Source: Dicyema japonicum
Lineage: Eukaryota > Animalia > Dicyemida
DNA length: 64,000 bases
Reading direction: 5' to 3'
NCBI GenBank assembly: GCA_011109175.1
Contig: RDEW01000024.1
Coordinates: 737,684-801,683, forward strand
Below, piece by piece: positions 12,340 to 23,769 of the stretch. The notes beneath the pieces were generated by a model, which saw only the letters and a list, made by a program, of their open reading frames with translations, had not been told where the DNA came from and did no database searches. Position numbers and translations under genes: made by a program. The stretch's first letter is position 1. The number at the start of each line of letters is the position of its first letter.

Positions 12340-12712
12340 GATAATTCTAATTGGGATCCTTGCCACGATTTACAAACAATTTATCCGACCAACGATGACG
12401 TATGCAAGTCCTTCATGGGCAATGCAAATGTCACGATCTTCCACATTGAAATTATCTGCAATCGAGGAGACTGCAATAAAGTTAATTGGACCAGATCACA
12501 ATATCCAACCTATTGAAAACTTTTTAATTGAACTACAACGGAAACTATTAAAGGAGGCTATTCTACCGAGCTGCCCACTATTCCAAATACTATCGAATTA
12601 TCTACAATCATACAGAAATTTTGAGCCGATGCCATGTCCAATGAGAAGAGCTGTTCAGGATTCTCGACCCCGCCGGACTCGTCCTCACCTTTGTCGGTCT
12701 GGGATCACTTAG
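12340..12712 (+). mobile_element. LINE ORF2 C-terminal fragment
   Basis: IYKQFIRPTMTYASPSW..KLSAIEETAIKLIG..CPLFQIL. Confidence 0.6.
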
Positions 12713-13045
12713 TTAGATGAGAACTTTTATTTCTTTCTCTTTGACCCAGTGATCCTGGGGGTAATAATAATTCTAATTAAAATGTTCTCTATCCAATTCG
12801 TTTCCTCTTTAAGCAAAGATGAGAGTAAACCCAATTGTCATAGTCCTTTTCTTCGCTCACACTCTTCTCTTGAATTTCTTCATAGGGCGAGTTACATAAA
12901 GCATCAATTCCAGAAAGAGGCTGGACCAACTCTATGGACGGTGAATCTGCAATTCCTATATTTCTTTCGGCTCCGAAGTCACAGCATTCTGGCTTGTTTT
13001 TTCAATTTTTTAATAATCGATATTTGAGTTATTTGTAATTTTTAT

Positions 13046-13186
13046 GGATCCACACACAAGAAAAAGAAAGAGAGAAGATCATTCCTTGGTTCTACAATCA
13101 GTTAAAATTAACTGTTCTTTACTTAAATAAATTGTGTGTCCTGCCTATGCGGAGTTAATACCACGGCTCCGTGAAAAAGGCTATTA
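13046..13186 (+). mobile_element. 5'-truncated SINE 3' end with a 13-bp target-site duplication
   Basis: Homologous to 61230-61380 and flanked by TTGTAATTTTTAT at 13033-13045 and 13187-13199. Confidence 0.8.
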
Positions 13187-13199
13187 TTGTAATTTTTAT

Positions 13200-13345
13200 C
13201 ATTGTCCCAATAGTACTGACTTGGGATGGATTGGTAACCTCAGAGAACATCCCAGATCTCTAAACATAAGCGAAAGAAGCTATAAGTATATTCAATCATT
13301 GGTTATACGTAAAACTTTAGAGTCGATGATTGTTTCATAAGACGG
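13200..13345 (+). mobile_element. R4/Dong-like RLE C-terminal fragment
   Basis: IVPIVLTWDGLVT..LNISERSYKYIQSLVIRKTLES parallels 2700-2870. Confidence 0.5.
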
Positions 13346-15279
13346 ATTTTGTCGAAAGAACTCAGGAGCTAAAGAAGGAAATAAATAATATCTATACGCG
13401 AATGGATAACAAAGACTCTGAGGACGGCGGAACAAGTAACCTGGATTGTTNNNNNNNNNNNNNNNNNNNNNNNNNNNNNNNNNNNNNNNNNNNNNNNNNN
13501 NNNNNNNNNNNNNNNNNNNNNNNNNNNNNNNNNNNNNNNNNNNNNNNNNNNNNNNNNNNNNNNNNNNNNNNNNNNNNNNNNNNNNNNNNNNNNNNNNNNN
13601 NNNNNNNNNNNNNNNNNNNNNNNNNNNNNNNNNNNNNNNNNNNNNNNNNNNNNNNNNNNNNNNNNNNNNNNNNNNNNNNNNNNNNNNNNNNNNNNNNNNN
13701 NNNNNNNNNNNNNNNNNNNNNNNNNNNNNNNNNNNNNNNNNNNNNATCTTCATGTTGATTATTCTACCAGGGTTGCGGGTGTGAGGCATGGTATTTCTCT
13801 CGTCAAAGGGATAGGATACTGTTACTAATAGAGAAGTCGAGAAGGTCAGCAATAAAGTTAGCCTTGGGAAAAAGCTACGTTATGTCCTGAGTACAGAAGA
13901 GGACAGGATCTGTTGAATAAAATGTTTCCTGTTTCGAATTTTCTTTAAAGTAATCTTATATCTAGGTTCTTAACCTTGGGGATTTAACATCTCTACTTTA
14001 CTCGGGATTTTACTTTACTATTTTCCTAGGGAATTTAACTCCTCTATTTTGTTACTCTTGAAACAAAACTTATTGGTTGTTGATGTTTTCAATTGATAAA
14101 TTTGTCTAACACCCGACAGTATCAACGCACCGTGTTCTTATGACATACGACAATAAATAATATACATCTCCAGATAATGGTTAGTTATAACGAGTTTTTT
14201 TTGTCCCGCAGAAAGCCAACATCATTAAAAAACGTAACTACTGTAGGAATTAAAATTTTATTTCAACTTCATTTTAAGGTTCTATGCAATAAATTAGATG
14301 ATGTTGACTACACGGTATTTCGCTGTGTCCAAACATCATATAATGGGTTCCTCTGTATATTGGCATCATTATCCATTTTTAATCAATTTATAATTTACCT
14401 CAATGCAACATAATTTCCTATTTTGATATCGTTTTTTTCATATCACTATTTTCGCTGTTTACCATTTTTCACCTACAATTAATAGATTATCATACGACTC
14501 GTCACTTTGCCCCCATAAAATGATAATATGGATTATTTTTAGTTTTCTGGTGGATGTATTATTGTAGTCAAACACTATGTCTTTTATAAAAGACCGAAAG
14601 ACCCAAAAATTCGGTTGATGAACTAACGGACAAGATCCACCGTTTTAACTTTGGTTGAATCTCTAAATTAAAGAAAAAATAGTACCGTACGACTTGTCCT
14701 TGTATCCACTTAGCACTTGGACTGCATCCTAAATGTTTTATAGAGAACTTTTGGCACAAGAATTGAAGGCGGAGTGCGTTCGACTTGTCCTTGTATCCAC
14801 GGAGCCCTTGGACTGCATCCTAAATGTTTTATAGAGAACTTTTGGCACAAGAATTGAAGGCGGGGTGACATAATAAATCCTGTTCGACGACAATTCTGTT
14901 ATTTCCAAAGAGATTTTACTTTTTGAGAGTTCGTTCATTCATATTTGAGAAGGATTTAATCACAACAAGTATCTTTTTAATAAGAAACAAAATTTGATAC
15001 CCAAGAAAAGGAGTCGTTTATAGAAGAGTATCGCCTGAGATCTATGAGAGCGGCAATACAGCGATCTCTAGGACCAATCCCGATTATGAGAGTAATCAGT
15101 GGTTTTGATTGACAAAAAACACTTTCATATTATCCCACCTACTTATTTTCATTAAAAAATATCTTTCTCTTTTTGAGATGTTTAATTCATCCTTCATTTC
15201 TTTTAATTTTTTGCATTTTTTACAAGGTTTTTCTTGAAATTTGTACAAGAAATTCTATGTTTCTCAGTCTATTCAAACC

Positions 15280-15550
15280 TATGTTTCTCAGTCTATTCAA
15301 ACCACTTAAGAATTCATCATGTAATCTTCTACATGTCAACTTGTTAGCCTTTGTTTGAGTGGTTGAGTGACTCTATAATAATTTTTATGCCTTTATCGTA
15401 CTCTCAGTCTGTCTATTCTACCCCCTTTACAATTGCAACTTTCAACATCAGAGGACTCACTTCGAACACCAAACAAGAGACCTTGTGCATGGATTTGGGA
15501 CGATACAAAATTAACGTGGCCTGCATACAGAGGTGAAATATATGCTACGA
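15280..15550 (+). mobile_element. RTE-like LINE, 5' end of APE endonuclease (copy A)
   Basis: TIATFNIRGLTSNTKQETLCMDLGRYKINVACIQ; near-identical to 16350-16610. Confidence 0.6.
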
Positions 15551-15699
15551 NGTTTTTAAATATTCTTAATATTTTTTAATTCTATTTCTATTTGTGAAAA
15601 GAAGCGATTTATCAAACTGTAACATAGTTTTCAGCCACTTTCACGAATACGGAGTTTTCGTAGAACACAATTACTTTCCTGACAAGGGTCAGTAGACCC

Positions 15700-15950
15700 C
15701 TCCCGCATCCCGATGGTCGATTCGCTCTCAATACATTAACCCATGAAATTTTGGAGTAGTGACACTTCCAGAAAGCTTGGTTTTTTGTAGGAGGCAGATA
15801 TCGATCTTGTTTCTCTCCAAAAACAATTTAAGCCTCTGACCCTATTCACGTTAAAGCTCAGTAAATGTATTTTGGGTACACGATTCCGTTCGACGTCGCC
15901 AGAAATGACAAGTCCATCAGAAAAATGCATTAACTGTAATCTGATATTAA
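15700..15950 (-). mobile_element. CR1/L2-type LINE ORF2 start
   Basis: LVISGDVERNRVPKIHLLSFNVNRVRG resembles the SGDVE.NPGP...NVNG.R signature. Confidence 0.5.
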
Positions 15951-16349
15951 AAATTTCGTTTTTGCCCTATTTTGGGTAAACATTTTTCGATATCTTCTAA
16001 CTTGGAAATCAATTCATCTTTAGTCCTTACTTTGCATGCATGAAAAATGGATAATTGTACCTCATTTAAGGATCACATAGTGTAGAGCTACAAACTTACT
16101 ATTTTATTATATTTTAATTTTTATAATATTTATTTCCAAAAATAGAGAAAGATAACTTGAGGTCAACCCAAGTTCGAATAGGTCGATATTCTATATTCTA
16201 CAATAAGATTTTGGGAATCTCTACTGAGTTAGGAGAAATGTGAGCAAATTCCATAAGTTAAAAAACTACTGCCGGTTCTGAATAAATGCAAACTGCACTG
16301 CTTGTGATTTGTAGGGATTCTCAGTTTAGTAGTTGTGGCCTAAAATTCT

Positions 16350-16660
16350 TTGTTTCTCAGTCTATTCAAACCATTTAAAAATTCATCATGTAATCTTCTA
16401 CATAGTCAACTTGGTAGCCTTTGCTTGAGTGGTTGAGTGACTCTATAAAAATTTTTATGCCTTTATCGTACTCTCAGTCTGTCTATTCTACCTCCTTTAC
16501 AATTGCAACTTTCAACATCAAAGGACTCACTTCGAACACCAAACAAGAGACCTTGTGCATGGATTTGGAACGATACAAAATTAACGTGGCCTCCCTAAGG
16601 TGGAATATATGCTACGAAATTATATTACCGCCCGACTGCCGTCGCTATGAAATGAACTTC
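16350..16660 (+). mobile_element. RTE-like LINE, 5' end of APE endonuclease (copy B)
   Basis: TIATFNIKGLTSNTKQETLCMDLERYKINVAS. Confidence 0.6.
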
Positions 16661-16899
16661 GCAGTTCATCTATCACTCGTGACTCGGACTCTCAAAAGTC
16701 ATCGACCGAATCGCTATCTTTCCATTAAACCAGCGTTTCCCATCCTGGGTTCTGCGAAGTTCAAAATTTTTTTAAATTATTTTTTTAAAAGAATAATTTT
16801 TCAAAACGAATTAATTTAATTTGCGCGTGTTTAATTGGAGTCTTGTGGCAGTGCAAATCTTAAAGTTCGATCGTATCGAGAAAGTTATTTTTCCTTTGT

Positions 16900-17310
16900 T
16901 TTTAGATGAAGTGGGGACATGGATTGCCCTCTACCACTTTGTGTTGTTTGCGGTGAAAAACTAGCAAATAGTGCTATAGCTCCAACGAAACTTGAGACGT
17001 CATTTCTCCACCAAGCACCCAGAACTTTCAAAAAATTTTATGCGGAAATTGGACCAGAATAAAGTTCAAGCATCCTGTTTTACAAAAAATTCAAAATAAC
17101 CGAAAAAGCACTGCAAGCTAGATCCCTCATGTGCAAGAATTAATTTTAAAAAATTGTAGATAATTTAGAGTCACTATTTACATGTACAAATAATTATTTT
17201 CCACCCATATCACTGAACTCTATGATTGAGTGATAAATCCTTTGCTGATTATAAATTAACTGGAAACGAGCTATCATTAAATGTGGTCTCAAAAAGGTTG
17301 GGAACCACTG
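16900..17310 (+). mobile_element. Internally deleted hAT (Buster/Charlie-type) transposon: N-terminal Zn finger plus right TIR
   Basis: PLPLCVVCGEKLANSAIAPTKL-RHF..KHP. Right TIR AAAAGGTTGGGAACCACTG (17292-17310), followed by CATTATAC, which fits the nnnTAnnn Buster target consensus. Confidence 0.75.
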
Positions 17311-17587
17311 CATTATACATTGGATTACGTGAAAAAGAACTCGATTATGTCTGTCATTAATGTCGAAACATGTGAAGAAAAAATGAATTTTGTTACATGA
17401 GACATGTGAGGAGGTCAACAACTTGGAGAAAACGAGTAGATCGGATAGTGAAGAACCTAAGTATTAACATGCTTATGGACAAAATGGAACTGCATTAACA
17501 AACTTAACTAATTGAGTTATTGCGATTAAAGGAATAAGTATTTGACAAAACGAGGAAATGTGAATAATCTAGCAATAAGTCAACTAA

Positions 17588-18826
17588 CTACTGAATTGGC
17601 TTCATAACAAACAATCCTTGAAACGAATAATTCTCATCTGAGAATGGTTCATAATAATAATAAGAATCAGGTCCCTTATCGAAGCATTCGACGAAATAGG
17701 ACGAAAGACCGAACATTCCAATTTCATTCAGATTCTTTCCTATTACATACTGTCCCCCAGTATCCTGATTTAGATATTGGTGCCAGTTGTTCCCAAAGTT
17801 TCTACCGTATCTGGCATACACGACAGTTTTGTTGTTGAATTGCATTGAAAGCATTTGTGGGGGCAACTCTCCTGGTTTTGACGACTTCAGAAAGGAAGTG
17901 AGAGACAACCCAATCAGGGCTACAAATAAACATGAACTCTACCAAGCAAAATAAATCCAATTGACATGAATTTTGTTACTGGAGTAAAGGTGGATGGGAT
18001 TTTTTCATTCGTCGTGAGCGTTTGAGTGGTAGAGAGGGTAATAGAGGGGGAAGTAGAAGGAGTAGTAAGTTTCGGGGACTTTTTAGGTTTTGAGACTTTA
18101 TTCTGTTTAGTAAAAAATATAGTTATTACAGTTGTTGTAAGAATCGTCTCCGATAGGGTTTGAGCAAGTTTCGATTTTATATCACTTTTTATGGATTTTT
18201 TAATCTCGTTGTACTGGTCCTTATTTATATATTTTCCATCCACACAGACATCGGTATCCGTGTTCACACCAACACTTTCTGTAAGGTTAACATCCAACTT
18301 TACCTGTAAAGATAAGTGCTCGCTTAGGTTTGTCCAAGTTTTCTATGAGGTTTTTGTAGACTTCGTTTGTAACCCAAAACCAGGCATCGTGCTTCAAAAA
18401 ATATTTTCTGTTTTCCTTTTTGATTCTTATTTTGTCAAATGCATCGGTAAAAAGGGGTTTAGGGGTCATCCTGACGAATCCGTCCATCAACTTTAGAGGG
18501 ATATTTTCTTCACGATACAACCGCCGTCTCAAATAGTTGGTGTCAACAGAAATTATATTTGAAAGCAGGTTTTCAATTTCCATTTGTTTGTCATAATATT
18601 TGTTTCTTGAAGGGTGAACCATCGCATTTTCCTCATCTATCATTTGTTGGTATTTCAATGGGTATTTATCCTTGAACCTGAGTACTGACGCAAATTTTGG
18701 ATTAAAGGTAAGTCTAACCCAGGCTAACGGATCCTTAGTAGTTTTCAGACTCATGATTGATCCACTCTCAGACACTGGTAAACTTTCAGTAACAACTCGT
18801 AAATTGTCTGAACTCGAAGATGACAT
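17588..18826 (-). CDS. Intact orphan protein, 3 exons, 396 aa, predicted single-pass membrane protein with a Ser/Thr/Pro-rich stalk
   Basis: Three track ORFs join in frame after removing GT-AG introns 18279-18303 (25 nt) and 17920-17942 (23 nt). Splicing creates the hydrophobic segment FMSIGFILLALIGLSLTSFL. No stops or frameshifts. Confidence 0.8.
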
Positions 18827-19007
18827 GCAATTTTAATACTGAAATGAAATAACGAGTATTTATTTGGTTTTATTTCGTACATTTCTAAATTAAACTGGTT
18901 AAGTTGTTATAAAAAGAAATAACTTTTCAAATTTGTTTCTCCAAATTTATCAATCAACATACCACCAAAATCCATAAGGTACTTACAGAGTTTTTTTATT
19001 TATTTAA

Positions 19008-19187
19008 TTACTTTGTCATAATATTTAATAACTTTGTCATAATGTTTAATAACTTTGTCAAACATTTATGGGATTATTATTTATATTTATTAGATTATTA
19101 TTTATATTTATTAGATTATTTCTATATTTATTAGATTATTATTTATATTTATTAGATTATTATTTATATTTATTAGATGTGATTATA
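19008..19187. repeat. Two adjacent AT-rich minisatellites, both with a 21-bp period
   Basis: TAACTTTGTCATAATATTTAA ~3 copies, then GATTATTATTTATATTTATTA ~5 copies. Confidence 0.9.
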
Positions 19188-19499
19188 TTGAACACGTTGC
19201 TGCTTAATGGTTGTTGTTGATAAGAACCATATAAATTCATCAAATCATGCGGACTTCTGTGTCGAATTGAGTAAAGAAAATTCAAATCGAACGGCCGCCG
19301 AGTTTGTCTACATGTTTCCGTCGCGGATGCTTCAAGGATTTGNNNNNNNNNNNNNNNNNNNNNNNNNNNCCGAATTGAGTAAAGAAAATTCAAATCGAAC
19401 GGCCGCCGAGTTTGTCCGACATGTTTCCGACGCGGATGCTTCATGGATTTGTCCTCAGCAAAATAACACGAAATTTCCGGTTTTACGAGCAATAATGTC

Positions 19500-21108
19500 T
19501 TCCTCAACAGCTGACTGTCGAGAACAATGGGCTACCTCGGTTATTGAAAGCACGCGCTCTAGACTCGGTCGTGTCCCCAGAGGTGGGTGGGCTATTCTCT
19601 TGAAGGGTTCAAATCTAAGTTTGGAGAGGAAATAACAATGCCTGAGTTCAGAAGACTGATGTACGCCCAAAAACGTCAACAATTATCATGCAATGGACAT
19701 GATTCGAGGGGACCTCGAATTCTAAGTAATATGTCTTTAACAATTATTGAGGCTAAGGTGGATGTGGATATTCTCGAATGCCTGAACCGTGTTATTAATG
19801 CTTGGAGTAAAGTCAATCATCACACGTCGATTGNGCAAAATAACACGAAATTTCCGGTTTTACGAGCAATAATGTCTTCCTCAACAGCTGACTGTCGAGA
19901 ACAATGGGCTACCTCGGTTATTGAAAGCACGCGCTCTAGACTCGAACCATTAACCATTATGCTGGGCAAACTGCCTATCAAACTCTTACTACAAAAAAAT
20001 TTGAGCCCTCAAAATGGATGGAGGATATGACTAATAAAATTGAACGATGGAGATCACATTCTGTTTTTATTGAAAAGTTTTTTTACGAAGACTTTTTCTA
20101 CTGACGAGAAGTCATGCTTTGTCGATAGTGGGTTAAAGGAAAAAGTAATCCGGAGAAAGGACCAAAACTACGTCTCTTATCCAAGATAGCATTAAAGTCA
20201 TGGAGAAAAAATATCGACATTTGAATCGAAAAGGAAATTTCGTATGGACAACCTAATTTTCGAATTGAATAGAAGGTCCTTCTACAGGAACTTGAATTCA
20301 GGACAAATAATATTAATATCTCAATTGATAATGAAAAATGCGCAGATTTTTGGGAATAATTATGGAAAAGAAGGAGTTTAAATTCGGAGTTTTAATATCG
20401 GAAAAAGAATGACTGGTGTTGAAAATGTGTCTGTTGAATTCTCGAAAAATGTATTTGAACAAACGATTCAATATTTTCAGAATTGGAAGGCCCCAGGTTG
20501 TGATATGATCTACAATTTCTTCCTTGTGAAATTTACCTCGCTGCATTAATTTATATATTCCGAAGATTGTAAACGGAGAGTACGTCTCTGGAAACTGATT
20601 TTTTACTGGAACTACGCACTTGATCCCAAAAGGCGAAGCGCCACAGTCGCCAAAGGACTTACGCCCTACTACATGCATGTCGTCACTCTACAAACTTATA
20701 ACAAAGTGTATCAATGCTAAACTAGCGGATTATGTGGAAGCGTTTGGCCTTCTTTCTGAAAACCAGATGGGAACAAGGAAGAGATGTCAGGGTGCTAAAG
20801 AACAGGCACTAGTCAATAAATCGCTTAATAAAGTAAATGGAGGTGGATTATATGCTGCATGGATTGACATAAAAAAAGCATTTGACTCGGTTGACTACAA
20901 CTTTTTAATGGAGTTTTTGAAAAATCCGGAATCCCCGAATGGATTATTAAAGTTGTGAGATTAATGATAATGCATTGGAGAGTGAAACTAATGTTGAATA
21001 ATGAAAATATTCTTGATATTCAGATTGAAAGGAGAATTTTGCAGGGGATAGTCTATCCCCCATGTTGTTTGTCTTAGTGCTTGACCCTCTTAGCCGTTTA
21101 TTGACATA
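19500..21108 (+). mobile_element. R4/Dong-like RLE non-LTR retrotransposon, RT-containing fragment truncated by a Tc1 insertion
   Basis: FELNRRSFYRNL, NWKAPGCDMIYNFF, LIPKGE..DLRPTTCMSSLYKL, ENQMGT..GAKEQALVN, WIDIKKAFDSV, QGDSLSPMLFVLVLDPLSRLL. Confidence 0.85.
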
Positions 21109-22541
21109 CAGTGCTTAGCATAGAAAATTGTACACCCCTTTTTAGAAATTTCGATGTTTTTTGAAAGAAAATATTATTTTTATGAAAATTAAGATGGTAT
21201 TAGTTAGACAGTAATTCAATTTGTAATATTTTTATACGTTGATTTATTTTTTAATTTGAATATAATTTTGCATCTTGATGAATCCTGTTGCTCATAGAAA
21301 ATTGTACTCCACTTAGATTTCTTAATTTACCTATAATTTTCGATAGTTATTTAGAAAAAAGTCTTAAAAAGTCAAATAATTGCATTGCACAACCAGAAAA
21401 TGTCTCTTAGACAAATTTCCAGAAAGACTGATGTTCCCTTTTCTACTGTCGGAGGTTTCATCAGTAGATACAAAAAGACCGGAAGGATTTCTCGGACGTT
21501 ACTATAGTTAAATGAATCGAAGATAAATACTTTATGCAATATTTCCCGTGAAAATCCTTCGTTTTCTTCGCTAAAGTTATCTACGGAAGTCAAGAATTCC
21601 ACTGGAACACGAGTTTCCAGGCATACAGTAAACCGAACTCTGAATAAAAATGAAATATTTTGTCGAAAAGCAATCAAAAAACCTTATTTGAGTCAAAAAA
21701 AACATACTGAAAATACGAAAATCGTTAAACTTTTTTTAAGTTTCTGATGATAAATGGAAAACTTACATGCTTTCTGACGAATGTTCATTTAAACTGAGAC
21801 CGACAAAAAGAACGCAATGGTTTATAAAAATGCGAAAGACTCTTTGGAGCCGGAATTTATCGCGCATACTCATAAGTTTGAAAAAAATTAGCTTACTGAA
21901 ATTTTAATTTAAAAAAAATCATGTTCTGGGGGTGTTTCTTTTATTACGGTGTGGGCCATTTGGTAGCCATTGAGGGTAATATGAATGCTGCAAGATACAT
22001 AAGCATTCTTACAAATCATCTTCCTCAGTCTCTGAAAAATGGGTATAAGAGACTTTTCAGCAGGATAGCGCACCAAGCCACACAGCGAGGGTCGTGAAAG
22101 AGTTTTTTTAATGAAAAACAAATTAAATAAATCAAGTGGCCCGCTCAGTCTCCAGATTTAAACCCCATCGAGAATTTGTGGAGTCAAGTAAAACGAGAAA
22201 CGACAAAAGCAATTACGGGACCATAAATGACTAGAAGAGGAGATTTTAACAGTTTGGGAGGAAATCCCACAAAGTTTGACAAAGAAACTCATTAATTCAA
22301 TGAAAAAATGCTTTTGGCACGTATATTCGGCACATGGTGGACACATAAAATATTGAAAATTCAAATGTACGATTTTCATTGATCAGTAAAAATAAAAAAA
22401 TTATTGTTTGTTCCGTAATTAAGAATTTTATGATATTAAAAAAAAAAACTCATTGAAGCTCTATATAAAGATAAAAGTCGAAATTAATAAAAAATGAAAC
22501 TATTTCTCTTAAAAAAATTGAGAACTTAAGTGTACAATTTT
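21109..22541 (+). mobile_element. Tc1/mariner (Tc1-family) DNA transposon with degenerate transposase and IR-DR-type ends
   Basis: TA|CAGTGCTTAGCATAGAAAATTGTACACC left end. HTH segment MSLRQIS..VPFSTVGGFISRYKKTG, then [33 protein letters not shown]. The right end GTGTACAATTTT runs into an N-gap. Confidence 0.9.
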
Positions 22542-23404
22542 NNNNNNNNNNNNNNNNNNNNNNNNNNNNNNNNNNNNNNNNNNNNNNNNNNNNNNNNNNN
22601 NNNNNNNNNNNNNNNNNNNNNNNNNNNNNNNNNNNNNNNNNNNNNNNNNNNNNNNNNNNNNNNNNNNNNNNNNNNNNNNNNNNNNNNNNNNNNNNNNNNN
22701 NNNNNNNNNNNNNNNNNNNNNNNNNNNNNNNNNNNNNNNNNNNNNNNNNNNNNNNNNNNNNNNNNNNNNNNNNNNNNNNNNNNNNNNNNNNNNNNNNNNN
22801 NNNNNNNNNNNNNNNNNNNNNNNNNNNNNNNNNNNNNNNNNNNNNNNNNNNNNNNNNNNNNNNNNNNNNNNNNNNNNNNNNNNNNNNNNNNNNNNNNNNN
22901 NNNNNNNNNNNNNNNNNNNNNNNNNNNNNNNNNNNNNNNNNNNNNNNNNNNNNNNNNNNNNNNNNNNNNNNNNNNNNNNNNNNNNNNNNNNNNNNNNNNN
23001 NNNNNNNNNNNNNNNNNNNNNNNNNNNNNNNNNNNNNNNNNNNNNNNNNNNNNNNNNNNNNNNNNNNNNNNNNNNNNNNNNNNNNNNNNNNNNNNNNNNN
23101 NNNNNNNNNNNNNNNNNNNNNNNNNNNNNNNNNNNNNNNNNNNNNNNNNNNNNNNNNNNNNNNNNNNNNNNNNNNNNNNNNNNNNNNNNNNNNNNNNNNN
23201 NNNNNNNNNNNNNNNNNNNNNNNNNNNNNNNNNNNNNNNNNNNNNNNNNNNNNNNNNNNNNNNNNNNNNNNNNNNNNNNNNNNNNNNNNNNNNNNNNNNN
23301 NNNNNNNNNNNNNNNNNNNNNNNNNNNNNNNNNNNNNNNNNNNNNNNNNNNNNNNNNNNNNNNNNNNNNNNNNNNNNNNNNNNNNNNNNNNNNNNNNNNN
23401 NNNN

Positions 23405-23550
23405 AAGCCTGCTGCGTGGATTGCGAACGAGTTCCCTCGGAGTATGGCTATTCCAATCTTTTGTCTTAGCCATAACCCTTCTCGTTGATCCCTTTTCTTT
23501 CTGGCAAGCAATCCTCCGAGTTTTCGCAAGAACTCAGCCGTCATTGGACC
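23405..23550 (-). mobile_element. CRE-like element, extreme C-terminus
   Basis: FLRKLGGLLARKKRDQREGLWLRQKIGIAILRGNSFAIHAAG; near-identical to 54850-55000. Confidence 0.7.
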
Positions 23551-23670
23551 AACGCTCCTATTACGGTGTGGGTCATTTGGTAATCATTGAGGGTAAAATG
23601 AATGCTGCAAGATACATAAGCATTCTTACAAATCATCTTCCTCAGTCTCTGAAAAATGGGTCTAGGAGAC
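23551..23670 (+). mobile_element. Tc1 transposase internal fragment
   Basis: YYGVGHLVIIEGKMNAARYISILTNHLPQSLKNG; homologous to 21940-22050. Confidence 0.75.
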
Positions 23671-23769
23671 TACGTTTTAGAGCTCGATCGATGTATTTTG
23701 AATTGTCATTTCAGTTTGCCTTTTTATAGTTGAAAAATGAAACAGTCTCTTTTTTGTGGTAAAGAACTT

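Larger units (their letters stand above)
11725..14111 (+). mobile_element. Candidate Ginger-like (retroviral-type DDE integrase) DNA transposon relic with TGT...ACA ends and ~57-bp imperfect TIRs, carrying nested insertions
   Basis: Integrase core at ~11950-12246 (DCIDLRKYS..KWIL-VIDWCSKFAWSFPL..LHTNNGKEFCN..WGITAIHGRP). Left TGTGACAAATTTATCAGTTGAAAACATTAACAACC and right (rc) TGTTAGACAAATTTATCAATTGAAAACATCAACAACC. No TSD seen. Confidence 0.55.

Noticed and set aside
12340-13186. LINE 3' UTR sharing its tail with the SINE (LINE-SINE partner pair)
   Set aside because: The SINE-like tail has its own 13-bp TSD, so it is an independent insertion and not the end of the upstream LINE.
14560-14990. 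Cys/His-rich string CPCIHGALGLHPKCF as a RING-variant gene
   Set aside because: It is too short, interrupted by stops and an ~90-bp duplication, and no consistent splice model was found.
22450-23729. Long ORFs in the supplied track that span N-runs (also 6867-7520, 13292-13852, 53560-54585, 60551-61088)
   Set aside because: They stay open only because N codons translate as X; these are assembly gaps.
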